Shown: piece by piece, positions 48,202 through 58,597 of the stretch | How positions within the stretch are numbered: the stretch's first letter is position 1 | How the letters are laid out: every line of letters begins with the position of its first letter | NCBI GenBank assembly: GCA_947593515.1 | Contig: CANQDQ010000004.1 | Span: 71,254 to 135,253 of the forward strand | Reading direction: 5' to 3' | Length of the DNA: 64,000 bases | DNA from: an uncultured Bacteroidales bacterium | GTDB taxonomy: Bacteria; Bacteroidota; Bacteroidia; Bacteroidales; UBA11471 | The notes under the pieces: model-generated | The model's input: only the letters and a program-made list of their open reading frames with translations | Database searches by the model: none | Told to the model about the DNA's origin: nothing | Made by a program: the position numbers and the translations under genes

Positions 48202-48245
48202 AAAAAAACGAGGTCGGACGCGTCCGACCTCGTTTCTCTTTTTAA
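48202..48245. terminator. Bidirectional rho-independent terminator downstream of the PL1 gene
   Basis: Palindrome acgaggtcggacg/cgtccgacctcgt with A7 before and a T-rich tail after. Confidence 0.8.
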
Positions 48246-48256
48246 GGTGTTATATA

Positions 48257-51200
48257 TCAAATACTTACCTTGAATGTCCGTGTTGTGGTTTTCAGCAGGT
48301 AGAAACCTCTTTGCAGCGAGAACGTCGCTTTGCCGTCGGCAGCTTTCTGCGAAGCGATGATGCGTCCCGACAAGTCGATGACATCTACCTGTTCGCCCGC
48401 TGGTACGCCGCTTACGGTTACCGTGCCGTTCGCTACCGTTACGGTCATGTTGTCGGCGATGTTTTCATCGAGGGCATCGACCTCTTCAATGGTGAAGGTG
48501 TAGGAAAGTGCAGGGTTGCAGCGACCGATTTCAGGGTTGGCGATGAATATACTTTCACCGAAAGAGCATTCGGGTATTGTTAAAGTGTATTCGCCCGCAG
48601 CGGTTACAATCTCTTCCAATATCGCTACGATTGTATTGTCATCACCGTCGGTGAGAGTGACAGGATAGCTGGTTTCTCCATTTGTCAGCGTTGCTGCCGC
48701 CGTTTCCGTCGTTCGGATAGAACCTTCGTTTTCCCTGAAAGACAAGGTAAATTCTTTGAGCGACGTGTGTGTTTCCGCCGTATCCGGCGTTATGCCTGTC
48801 GGAATAATCTCTTTTTCCAGTTTCAGCGGTCTTACACCATTGCCTTCGCTATCGGAAATTTTCAACTGGCTGACGGTAACGGTGCCGCCGCCAAGCTCTG
48901 TTGCCGTGAGCTTGATGAAACGCGATTCTTCGTTAAGGCGTATTATATCGTCGAACGGAAAATCGTCGGCATGCAGTACGCGGATTGTACGCCATGTGGG
49001 AGCATCAGTTACATCGGGATTTCGTGTTTCCTGTATTTTGAAATCCACATTTCCCGTTCCGTTGTAGGCGGCTTTCACATCTATGGCTAAAGCTACGTCT
49101 TCGAAATAAGCCATGATTTTATCGCTCGTTTTCGTAAGAGTTGCGTCGTCTTTTGTAGCCGTGCCGGTTATCCAATGGGGATAATCGTCTTTTTTGCTTT
49201 GTTGGTTGCCGTCTGTCCGTGTAAAGTGGGTATAGTCATCGAACGGGGAGAAGTCGAGCGGTTGGTTTATGGCTGCTTTGCCATAGTGAGTTTCGCCTTC
49301 TTCTTTCGGATTGCCGAAATCGCGTGTTGTGAAAGTGATTTTTTCTGCAAACGTTTTTGAATCGACTGTCAAGGCTCCTTCGGGTATGGTAACGGTATAT
49401 TCCGTAAGAACATTCAATGCATTGAATGTAAGAGTCAATGTCTTCCCCGATACCGTAACGTTCATTTCTTCATATTTGCAGGGCGAGAGTTCGATTCCGC
49501 CGTTATATTTGGCATTCTCGTTGAGCGTAAATTCAAGTTTTGTCCCGTCCATATAGCTGATATTCTCCATATCGGGATATTTTTCTATGAACAGCGTTGA
49601 CTGAGGAGTAAATTTCCAAACAGGACCTGTTGTCGTACCGGCATCGTTGGTGGCATCTACTCTCCAATAACAGGGGAAGTCTTCATAAAAATCTGACGTA
49701 TTCGTTATCCACCATACGTATCTTTTTTGGGTAAGATTTGATGCTAATTTTTCCATTTTTTCCGGCTCGGGATAAAGACCGCAATATACATCGTATTTTA
49801 CAGTGCCGAAATAATCTTTGGTTTTATTTTCCCACGAAAATGTAACCCATTCAGAAGAGGGAAGGACTGACCCGTCGTTTTGAGGCGTAGGATTGGTGCA
49901 GGCCTCAGGCGGAGCGGGATCGCCTATCGTTTCGGTGGAAATCGAAATGTAATCCGATGTAAGATCTTGCTCTTTATTGGTTGCACATACGCGGAAGTAA
50001 TAAGTCGTGTTAGGGTTCAGACCCTCTGCCCGATAAGTCGTTGAGTCTGCCGGTAGTTCGGCGCATATTGTAAATGTCTGGTTATCTTCCGATTTTTCGA
50101 CAATATAAGCCGTTTCGTTCACGGTATTGTTACTGCCGGCGTTGTCTTGCCACTGCAATTCGATAGCGAATTTTTCCTGTTTCGTTGCTTCCAGTCGGGT
50201 CGGCATTTTCATGTACGGATAAGCTCTGTCGATGGTGAATACGTAGTTTTCGATATTGGCGTATCCGTTGGACGCGATTTGGGTGGCATCGGAAGCATCG
50301 TTTTTATTGAGGTTGTGGTCATCTTCCCATTCGTCGGGTATGCCGTCGTTGTCGCTGTCGAGCGGTTTTTCACCCTTGTTGAGTATGCCCGTACCGCCGT
50401 GCGGCAGTTCTTTTTCGGAAGAAATACCGTTTGTCGAACCTTCTGTTCCGAATGATTTCAATTCGTCGATCAGATATTGATCCACTTCATCGCGCGCCGG
50501 AAGGCAGGGGCCTACGCTGTCGATAATCCAGTAGAGTGCTTCTTCGGCTGTCATCAGATTGGAAATTTCAGGATGCGGTTTGGGAATATTGGTAAAAGAG
50601 TTGAGATTGTTTACCCGCGTGCTGCCTCCGTCTTCGGTGTACAGTGTTCCGTTCAGTTCGCCGTCGTTGTTATTGTCGTAATAGTTGCCTGCACCGTAAA
50701 ATTGGAATGCGGCTTTTCCGCGTGTGAACGGTTTGGAGCCTTTCCACGGTCCTGTTACGAAATAGTTGTTCTCTATGTGCGCCCACGAAGAAGCCTCCGT
50801 GTCGCCCATGATGTAGCAGCCGCCTCCGCCCCAGTTATATACCACATTATTGACGAACTGGTTAAGACCTTTTACTTTCGGGTTGCGGGTTTTGTTTTCG
50901 ATATAGAGGTTGCGATAGAGCGTAACGCCGCCATTGGTCTGCATCAAGCCGCCGCAGGCGTGACTTTGCAGACCCTGTCCCATAATAGAATTTTGAATGG
51001 TAATGTCGGTAGGTTCCGAACCTTTGTTGTCCCAGTTTATGGAGAAACATTCATCGCGTCCCCACAAGGCGGATATGTGGTCGAATATCATGTCATGCCC
51101 GTTGGCGATACCGCACGCATCTTTACCGCTGTCGCCACCTTTTCCCATACGAAAACGCATGTGTCTTACGATCAAGTTGTTGGCGCCCGAGAACGATACA

Positions 51201-51538
51201 CGGTTGCCATACACCTGTATGCCTTCGCCCGGAGCGGTCTGTCCCAGCACGGTGAGGTTGCCTTTGAACACCAAGCCCGATTTCAGCTTGATAACGCCCG
51301 ATGTGTCGAATACGACGATGCGATTCGACTGGCTTACGGCATCGCGCAGCGAGCCCGGTCCGTCATCGTTGAGGTTGGTTACATGATAGATTTCTCCGCC
51401 CCGACCTCCGGTGGCATATCGACCGAAGCCTTCGGCTCCCGGAAATGCCAACAGCTTTTCCTCTTGTGCCTGTACGGCAGCAGGGACGAACAACATGGCG
51501 AGCCACAATGCTCCCATGATGAAAGTTGTCTTTTTCAT
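48257..51538 (-). CDS. Pectate lyase (PL1) with FN3-like, Ig-like and T9SS C-terminal domains
   Basis: Start trimmed to the ATG at 51538 (MKKTTFIMGALWLAMLFVPAAVQAQ). AFPGAEGFGRYATGGRGGEIYHVTNLNDDGPGSLR ... VRHMRFRMG ... ENKTRNPKV is the PL1 core. A module GEYTLTIPECSFG...CNPALSYTFTI follows. The tail is ...VDVIDLSGRIIASQKAADGKATFSLQRGFYLLKTTTRTFKVSI. Confidence 0.88.
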   Translation of the reverse strand: MKKTTFIMGALWLAMLFVPAAVQAQEEKLLAFPGAEGFGRYATGGRGGEIYHVTNLNDDGPGSLRDAVSQSNRIVVFDTSGVIKLKSGLVFKGNLTVLGQTAPGEGIQVYGNRVSFSGANNLIVRHMRFRMGKGGDSGKDACGIANGHDMIFDHISALWGRDECFSINWDNKGSEPTDITIQNSIMGQGLQSHACGGLMQTNGGVTLYRNLYIENKTRNPKVKGLNQFVNNVVYNWGGGGCYIMGDTEASSWAHIENNYFVTGPWKGSKPFTRGKAAFQFYGAGNYYDNNNDGELNGTLYTEDGGSTRVNNLNSFTNIPKPHPEISNLMTAEEALYWIIDSVGPCLPARDEVDQYLIDELKSFGTEGSTNGISSEKELPHGGTGILNKGEKPLDSDNDGIPDEWEDDHNLNKNDASDATQIASNGYANIENYVFTIDRAYPYMKMPTRLEATKQEKFAIELQWQDNAGSNNTVNETAYIVEKSEDNQTFTICAELPADSTTYRAEGLNPNTTYYFRVCATNKEQDLTSDYISISTETIGDPAPPEACTNPTPQNDGSVLPSSEWVTFSWENKTKDYFGTVKYDVYCGLYPEPEKMEKLASNLTQKRYVWWITNTSDFYEDFPCYWRVDATNDAGTTTGPVWKFTPQSTLFIEKYPDMENISYMDGTKLEFTLNENAKYNGGIELSPCKYEEMNVTVSGKTLTLTFNALNVLTEYTVTIPEGALTVDSKTFAEKITFTTRDFGNPKEEGETHYGKAAINQPLDFSPFDDYTHFTRTDGNQQSKKDDYPHWITGTATKDDATLTKTSDKIMAYFEDVALAIDVKAAYNGTGNVDFKIQETRNPDVTDAPTWRTIRVLHADDFPFDDIIRLNEESRFIKLTATELGGGTVTVSQLKISDSEGNGVRPLKLEKEIIPTGITPDTAETHTSLKEFTLSFRENEGSIRTTETAAATLTNGETSYPVTLTDGDDNTIVAILEEIVTAAGEYTLTIPECSFGESIFIANPEIGRCNPALSYTFTIEEVDALDENIADNMTVTVANGTVTVSGVPAGEQVDVIDLSGRIIASQKAADGKATFSLQRGFYLLKTTTRTFKVSI

Positions 51539-51647
51539 GGTCTTTCTTTTAATTTGTTGGTTAGTGCAAATCCGACAAAATATTTTATCGAAATTACAGG
51601 GCAAATATAATAATTTATTTCAATCGCACATGAAATATGATAGTATT

Positions 51648-52436
51648 TTATCTGTCTAATAATTCTTTTAAGAATTGTTTTGACGTTTCTACGTCTATAG
51701 TATTGACAAATGATTTTTCCTTTAATAATTCATTTATAATTTTTCCATTGAATTGTGCTGTTCCTCTTGTAGCTTTTCCTGCCCAATGATGTTGTAGAAG
51801 TGTCGTTTTTTGCAATTTGTTATGAAATACCGAAGCCAATACAGTATTAACAATACCGGTTTCGTCAATGCCGACAAAGAAAAACATAAAGACAGATTTA
51901 TTTTTACCCATACATTTGAGGAACTTGTCTATATTATAGGCTTTGGGATTTGAATCTAAATACAGAACTTTTGTTTTAACATCTGTGTAAGAATCTGAAT
52001 CAGAGAAATTTCTAACATAATCTCCTAACTCATTCTTTGTGTCATAAGTTGGAAGAAGATGTTCTACATGACTTAAGTCCTTTAATAGTTGAGCCTGTTC
52101 TTTTTGATTTGAAGTGATAAGTACTTCAATGAGTCTTCCTCGAATATTAACATTGTCTATGTGCGATGCAACTACAATTGCGTCCTTTACTTCTTCGCAT
52201 CGATTACGCAAATCGTTTAGAAGAGTATTATAATCATCTGATTCGACAAAATTTTTCGCTCTTTGGGGTGCGTTGAAAAGATTGCTTTGTTCTGTTTCAT
52301 CTAATACTTCCTTTACTTTGTTTGGCTTTATATTATTGGTGCTTTCAACTAATCTTTCTATGTTTTCCTGCCATGAAAAGCCTTGATGATATGAGAATAA
52401 ATCGTCGAAATCGGCAGGTATGTTATTTTTTTCCAA
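51648..52436 (-). CDS. Hypothetical protein; probably the C-terminal two thirds of a frameshifted restriction endonuclease
   Basis: 262-codon ORF whose only available start is a TTG inside the tail of the upstream ORF, with a 14-nt overlap. GDYVRNFSDSDSYTDVKTK has a D...DxK spacing compatible with PD-(D/E)XK; this is a weak pattern match only. Confidence 0.5.
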   Translation of the reverse strand: MEKNNIPADFDDLFSYHQGFSWQENIERLVESTNNIKPNKVKEVLDETEQSNLFNAPQRAKNFVESDDYNTLLNDLRNRCEEVKDAIVVASHIDNVNIRGRLIEVLITSNQKEQAQLLKDLSHVEHLLPTYDTKNELGDYVRNFSDSDSYTDVKTKVLYLDSNPKAYNIDKFLKCMGKNKSVFMFFFVGIDETGIVNTVLASVFHNKLQKTTLLQHHWAGKATRGTAQFNGKIINELLKEKSFVNTIDVETSKQFLKELLDR

Positions 52437-52821
52437 TTTCCGTTAATTCTTTACGTATGTTGCTTCCAAGAAAACTGCCTCTTATGTTTTCAGCTCGTAA
52501 ATCTTGAGAGCTATGACTTATCTTGTCGAGAAATGTTGTATTGATTAAATATATAACATTGTCCAAGTCTTTTTTTACTAATACGACAAAGCAAGGAATG
52601 TGATCGTATTTTTCAAGTTTGGAAAGCGATAGTATTACATTACTGAATGAATTGTTTTTACTATAACAAAATATGACAGCAAAGAAATCGGTATGATAAA
52701 CAGCTCTACCATCTTTTACCATGGGAAAGCTATTACATACGGTTTTTATCATTTCTTCTTTAGTATTGATTCCTTTATTATTTTCAACGAGTTGAACGAA
52801 ATTATGTACTATTTGATTCAT
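52423..52821 (-). CDS. Hypothetical protein; probably the N-terminal third of the same frameshifted endonuclease
   Basis: The ATG at 52821 lies 2 nt after the methyltransferase stop. The tracked start at 52911 would overlap the methylase by 88 nt. The ORF ends ...EIGKK-TAA within an A7 tract. Confidence 0.5.
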   Translation of the reverse strand: MNQIVHNFVQLVENNKGINTKEEMIKTVCNSFPMVKDGRAVYHTDFFAVIFCYSKNNSFSNVILSLSKLEKYDHIPCFVVLVKKDLDNVIYLINTTFLDKISHSSQDLRAENIRGSFLGSNIRKELTEIGKK

Positions 52822-52823
52822 AT

Positions 52824-53750
52824 TTAGAATAGTATTTGTTGAACTTTTGCCTTGTTTGACTTCTCGGAAGATTTGTTTGTCTTTTGGGCATTGAGAGAGT
52901 TTCGCTCCCAAAACACTCCATCGAAATAACCTTGTATTGAGTTGTCGTCAGCTGCATTCATAAGTCTCTTTACCGCCCAATAGCAATATTCGCGGTTTAT
53001 TTCGATGCCACAGTATTTTCTTCCAAGTTTGTGGGCTACTACCGCTGAAGTTCCACTACCTAAAAATGGGTCAAAAATTTTAGAACCTGGTTTTGAGGAG
53101 GCAAGGATTAATTTTGCATAAAGTTTCTCCGGTTTTTGGGTCGGATGATCTGTATTTTCTGGCATTGACCAGAATGGAATGCTAATATCATCCCAGAAAT
53201 TTGATGGATAGGTAATTCGAAAATTACCCGACTCTGTTTCTTCCCAATCTTTTGGCTTGCCATCAACTTTATATGGAGCTATTACTTTCCTTTTCATCTT
53301 AACAGATTCTACATCAAGATAATAATTTTTGGAATTCTTGACGGCAAACCAAATATCCTCCATGGCATTTTTCCAATTTGATTTAGCTCCTCTTCCTTTT
53401 TCTCTCTGCCAAGTAATTCTATTGATAACAGAAAGGCGTTCTTCTATAACCCTTTGCATAGAAGATGAGCATTTCCAATCGCCGCACATATAAAGCGTGC
53501 CATTAGGTGCAAGTTTATCACAGACTTTATAAAACCAACTTCTGAGATAATCTTCGTAAGCTTCGGATTTCATACTTGAAAACTTCTTGCCATGGAAGTC
53601 CTTATCAAGGTTATAGGGAGGGTCTATAATGATTAGATCGAAATATTCATTAGGAATAGAATCCAGACAGTCAAAGAGGTCTGCATTGATTATCGAATTA
53701 TCGACAAACGACTCTTTGATATCATTCGCGCTTAATATAAATTTCTCCAA
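52824..53750 (-). CDS. Beta-class DNA methyltransferase (N6-adenine or N4-cytosine; the DPPY motif favours N6-adenine)
   Basis: Motif IV IIIDPPYN precedes motif I FDPFLGSGTSAVVA, and HPTQKPEKL is also present. The only in-frame start is the TTG at 53750, with no upstream ATG or GTG before the frame runs out of start codons. Confidence 0.85.
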   Translation of the reverse strand: MEKFILSANDIKESFVDNSIINADLFDCLDSIPNEYFDLIIIDPPYNLDKDFHGKKFSSMKSEAYEDYLRSWFYKVCDKLAPNGTLYMCGDWKCSSSMQRVIEERLSVINRITWQREKGRGAKSNWKNAMEDIWFAVKNSKNYYLDVESVKMKRKVIAPYKVDGKPKDWEETESGNFRITYPSNFWDDISIPFWSMPENTDHPTQKPEKLYAKLILASSKPGSKIFDPFLGSGTSAVVAHKLGRKYCGIEINREYCYWAVKRLMNAADDNSIQGYFDGVFWERNSLNAQKTNKSSEKSNKAKVQQILF

Positions 53751-53930
53751 CGTAGGTATCTCGCTTTCTGAGACTGTTAATGTTCGATTACGTTCTGCAC
53801 GAATTTTTCTGTCATAATTACTTACTATTAGTCTGTCCCTGCTAATCTTTTAATTTCGATTTTTATAATCGAAATATCTGTTACCTTTTTTGTTTTCGAG
53901 TCGATAGGGTTGCTGTTGTCATGGGGTTCC

Positions 53931-55820
53931 TTACCGCTGGCGGTTTTGCTGCTGCTTCCGCAAGGCAGCCTGCTGCTGGCGCTGCGCCTCTTCGAGCCGT
54001 GCCATGAAGCCCGATTTTTTCTTGGGCTTTTTCTGGTTCTCTTTGAGCTTGGCGAGCACTTTTTCCTCGTTGATGCATTTGCGGAAGATGTAGGTCTGCA
54101 CAATGGTAATCAACAGCGATACGAAATAGTAGTAGCTCAATCCCGAAGCGTAGTTATTGAAGATGAACAGGAACATCAGCGGCATGAGATACATCATCGC
54201 TTTCATGCCGGGCATCTGTTGTCCGCCGCCCGTGCTGTCCATATTTATTTTCGTATAAAGAATGTTGGTGATGGTCATCAACAGGCAGAAAAGACTGATG
54301 TGGTTGCCGAAGTAGGGGGTGATGATGGGAATGTAGGCGTCCCACGAGAAAATGGCGTCGTACGACGAAAGGTCGTCAGCCCACAGGAACGACTGCTGCC
54401 GCAGCTCGATGGAGGAGGGGAAGAACGCGAACATCGCCAGCAGTATAGGCATCTGCAACAGCACCGGCAGACAGCCGCTCATGGGATTGGCGCCCGCATT
54501 GCTGTACAGCTCCATCGTGGCGCGCTGCCGTTCCATCGCCTTTTCCTGTCCGGGATATTTGGCGTTGATTTCTTCGACCTGCGGTTTCAGCACGCGCATA
54601 CGTGCGCTCGACATGTACGACTTGAATGTCAGTGGCATAAGCACCGCCTTGATGATAAGCGTGAGCAACAGTATGATGATGCCGTAGTTGGCGATGTATT
54701 TGCCGAGGAACGTGAATATGGGAATGATGATGCCCGTGTTTATCCAGCGGAAAAATTTGTAACCTAACGGGATAAGTTTCGGAAGTTGCAGCTTGTCGTC
54801 GGCTCTCACCCCCTTGTCGTAGCTGCGGAGCAACGGATAGAGGTTGGGACCGAGAAAGAAGCGGAAGCCGGGACCCGCAGCCGCAGCGGGGTCGTAGTCG
54901 AGCGTTGTCTCCGCCTTGTAGCTTTTGAGGTATTTGTCGGTGGCGAGCACCTCCGATTCCATGCGTGCGCCGTTGAAACTCTTGTCGGCGATAAGCACCG
55001 ACGAAAAGAACTGGTTTTTGAATCCTATCCATTTCACGCGCGTGGAAATGCTTTCGCGGTCGGCTTTCGACTCGCTGAGGTGTTCCACGTCGTCGCCTAT
55101 CTTATAATAGATGGCGCTGTACCGTTCCTCGAACACGCGCCCCCGTTCCTGCCGGCGCAGGTCTTGCGTCCAGTACATATCGAGGTCGACGGTGTTGCGG
55201 GGCAGTATGGTTTCCATGCCGTTTTGGCGGATTTTCATGTCGAGCATATACCCCTCGGCAGGCAGGGTGTAGCATATCTCGAAATACCGTTTGTCGTCGA
55301 ACGCGAGTTTCATCGAGAGCGTCCGCCCGTCGGCAGAGAGCGCGGGCGTGAAGTAGAGGTCGGCGGTATTGATGGTGCGCCCCTGCGTCTTGAATATGAA
55401 TCCGTAGGTGTTGTCGCTGGCATCGAACAGGGTCAGCGGCAGCGAGTCGTAGGTATGGTAGTCGTTGAGTACGGCTTCGGTGAGGCGACCGCCTGCGGTC
55501 GAGAACGTCAGCGACACTTGCTGATTCGAGAGCGTTACGGTCGATTCTTCGCCTTCGGCAAAAGGTGCGAAATCGACATACTCCTGCCGCAGCGCATCGG
55601 CGTGGCTGTCGGCTGTTTCGGCGGCAGCCTCCTGCGCCGCCGGCTCGATGCCGGTATCGACGCTCTGCATTTCTGCTACACGCGCATTTTCAACTTGCAG
55701 CAGGGAGTCTTGGTAGTGCTGCATGGCGGCTTTCTGCTCCGGCGTCGGTCGCATGAACCACGTGTACCCGAAGAGTACGGCGACCATGAGGAGAAAGCCT
55801 ATGATTGTATTTTTATCCAT
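53931..55820 (-). CDS. yidC: Membrane protein insertase YidC (long Bacteroidetes form)
   Basis: 629 aa. MDKNTIIGFLLMVAVLFGY, a large periplasmic domain, then GANPMSGCLPVLLQMPILLAMF and a basic C-terminal tail. Confidence 0.92.
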   Translation of the reverse strand: MDKNTIIGFLLMVAVLFGYTWFMRPTPEQKAAMQHYQDSLLQVENARVAEMQSVDTGIEPAAQEAAAETADSHADALRQEYVDFAPFAEGEESTVTLSNQQVSLTFSTAGGRLTEAVLNDYHTYDSLPLTLFDASDNTYGFIFKTQGRTINTADLYFTPALSADGRTLSMKLAFDDKRYFEICYTLPAEGYMLDMKIRQNGMETILPRNTVDLDMYWTQDLRRQERGRVFEERYSAIYYKIGDDVEHLSESKADRESISTRVKWIGFKNQFFSSVLIADKSFNGARMESEVLATDKYLKSYKAETTLDYDPAAAAGPGFRFFLGPNLYPLLRSYDKGVRADDKLQLPKLIPLGYKFFRWINTGIIIPIFTFLGKYIANYGIIILLLTLIIKAVLMPLTFKSYMSSARMRVLKPQVEEINAKYPGQEKAMERQRATMELYSNAGANPMSGCLPVLLQMPILLAMFAFFPSSIELRQQSFLWADDLSSYDAIFSWDAYIPIITPYFGNHISLFCLLMTITNILYTKINMDSTGGGQQMPGMKAMMYLMPLMFLFIFNNYASGLSYYYFVSLLITIVQTYIFRKCINEEKVLAKLKENQKKPKKKSGFMARLEEAQRQQQAALRKQQQNRQR

Positions 55821-55826
55821 TTCGAT

Positions 55827-57443
<1,617 letters not shown>

Positions 57444-57551
57444 TTACGAGATTTTTACAAACGGCAAAATTAGAAAAAATTTCGGGATTTACAGCACCGA
57501 AATAGCGGATTAATTATCAACAATATTTTTCCGTCTGATGAAAAGCCGTTT

Positions 57552-58007
57552 TTATGAATCGAGGTCGTCGTCGGAATCGTCGAAGTCGAAATCGAAACCG
57601 TCGTCGGGTATGCCGCCGAAGTAGCTTTCGTCGGTGAATTTTTTCAACTCCCGACCCTCCCGTTTGGTGGGGCGTCCCATGCCCTTGCTGCGGTTTACGA
57701 AGCCGCTGAGGCGTATCATCTCTATCAATTCGTACTGTTCGGGCGGCGTGATGTTTTCGAGGTATTGCGGCACGAGTTTGGCGCCCATACGGTTTTCGGC
57801 GAGCGCCAGCACGCGGAAAGAGTAGGTGATGGGCGGCTTCCTCACCTCGATGATTTCGCCCGTCTGCACGGGGCGCGAAGGTTTCACCGTCGTTCCGCCA
57901 ACGGCGACACGACCTTTTTTGCAGGCTTCGGTGGCGACGGTGCGGGTCTTGAACAGACGGGTCGCCCACAGGAATTTGTCGATGCGCACTTCTTCTTTCT
58001 TGGGCAT
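57552..58007 (-). CDS. hslR: S4-domain RNA-binding protein (Hsp15/HslR-like) with an acidic tail
   Basis: VRIDKFLWATRLFKTRTVATEACKKGRVAVGG is an S4 fold motif. The C-terminus is DDGFDFDFDDSDDDLDS. Confidence 0.8.
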   Translation of the reverse strand: MPKKEEVRIDKFLWATRLFKTRTVATEACKKGRVAVGGTTVKPSRPVQTGEIIEVRKPPITYSFRVLALAENRMGAKLVPQYLENITPPEQYELIEMIRLSGFVNRSKGMGRPTKREGRELKKFTDESYFGGIPDDGFDFDFDDSDDDLDS

Positions 58008-58014
58008 GGCGTCG

Positions 58015-58578
58015 CTATTTGTTGTTGAAACGGTTCATGGCGGTATCGATGCCCGCCAGACAAAACTCTTTAACGATTTCGCCCGCGCGTTCGAGTTTTT
58101 CGGGCAGCAGCTTTTCCTCCTCCGGCGGAAAGGCGCCGAGTACGTAATCTATCTGCCCTCCTCGCGGAAAATCGTTGCCGATGCCGAATCGCAGGCGGGC
58201 GTAGGCATCGCTGCCCAGAATCTGTTGAATGTGTTTCAGACCGTTGTGTCCGCCGTCGCTGCCGCGCGGTTTCAGTCGCAGCGTGCCGAACGGTAACGAC
58301 AAATCATCGACAACGACCAGCAGATTTTCCACCGGAATATTCTCTTTTTGAAGCCAGTAGCGCACGGCATTCCCGCTCAGGTTCATAAATGTCGAGGGTT
58401 TCAGCAAGACGAGGGTGCGTCCTTTCAGACGCAGATGGGTTACGAAACCGTAGCGCCGGTCTTCAAAAACGAGATTGGACGCCTCGGCTAAGGCGTCCAA
58501 TACTCTGAATCCTATGTTATGCCGGGTGGCAGCATATTCGTCGCCGATATTGCCCAACCCCGCAATCAGGTACTTCAT
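58015..58578 (-). CDS. pth: Peptidyl-tRNA hydrolase
   Basis: [24 protein letters not shown] ... [10 protein letters not shown]. Confidence 0.95.
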   Translation of the reverse strand: MKYLIAGLGNIGDEYAATRHNIGFRVLDALAEASNLVFEDRRYGFVTHLRLKGRTLVLLKPSTFMNLSGNAVRYWLQKENIPVENLLVVVDDLSLPFGTLRLKPRGSDGGHNGLKHIQQILGSDAYARLRFGIGNDFPRGGQIDYVLGAFPPEEEKLLPEKLERAGEIVKEFCLAGIDTAMNRFNNK

Positions 58579-58597
58579 GCGTTTTCTCTGTCAGAGG

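Larger units (their letters stand above)
51600..53900. other. AT-rich (apparently foreign) island carrying a type II-like restriction-modification module
   Basis: There is an abrupt, easily visible drop in G+C relative to both flanks. By eye, roughly one third G+C here against well over half outside. The island holds three co-directional minus-strand ORFs. No integrase, transposase or flanking tRNA is present. Confidence 0.75.

Noticed and set aside
52822-52911. Upstream extension of the first endonuclease-fragment ORF into the methyltransferase gene
   Set aside because: It would overlap the methyltransferase 3' end by 88 nt. An ATG at 52821, directly after the methylase stop, is the more economical start.
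51583-53884. atcgaaat 8-mers near both borders of the AT-rich island (about 51586 and about 53868) as possible target-site duplications
   Set aside because: An 8-bp AT-rich match is expected by chance in AT-rich DNA. The right-hand copy is also one arm of a local hairpin (53853-53875). No longer direct or inverted repeats were found.
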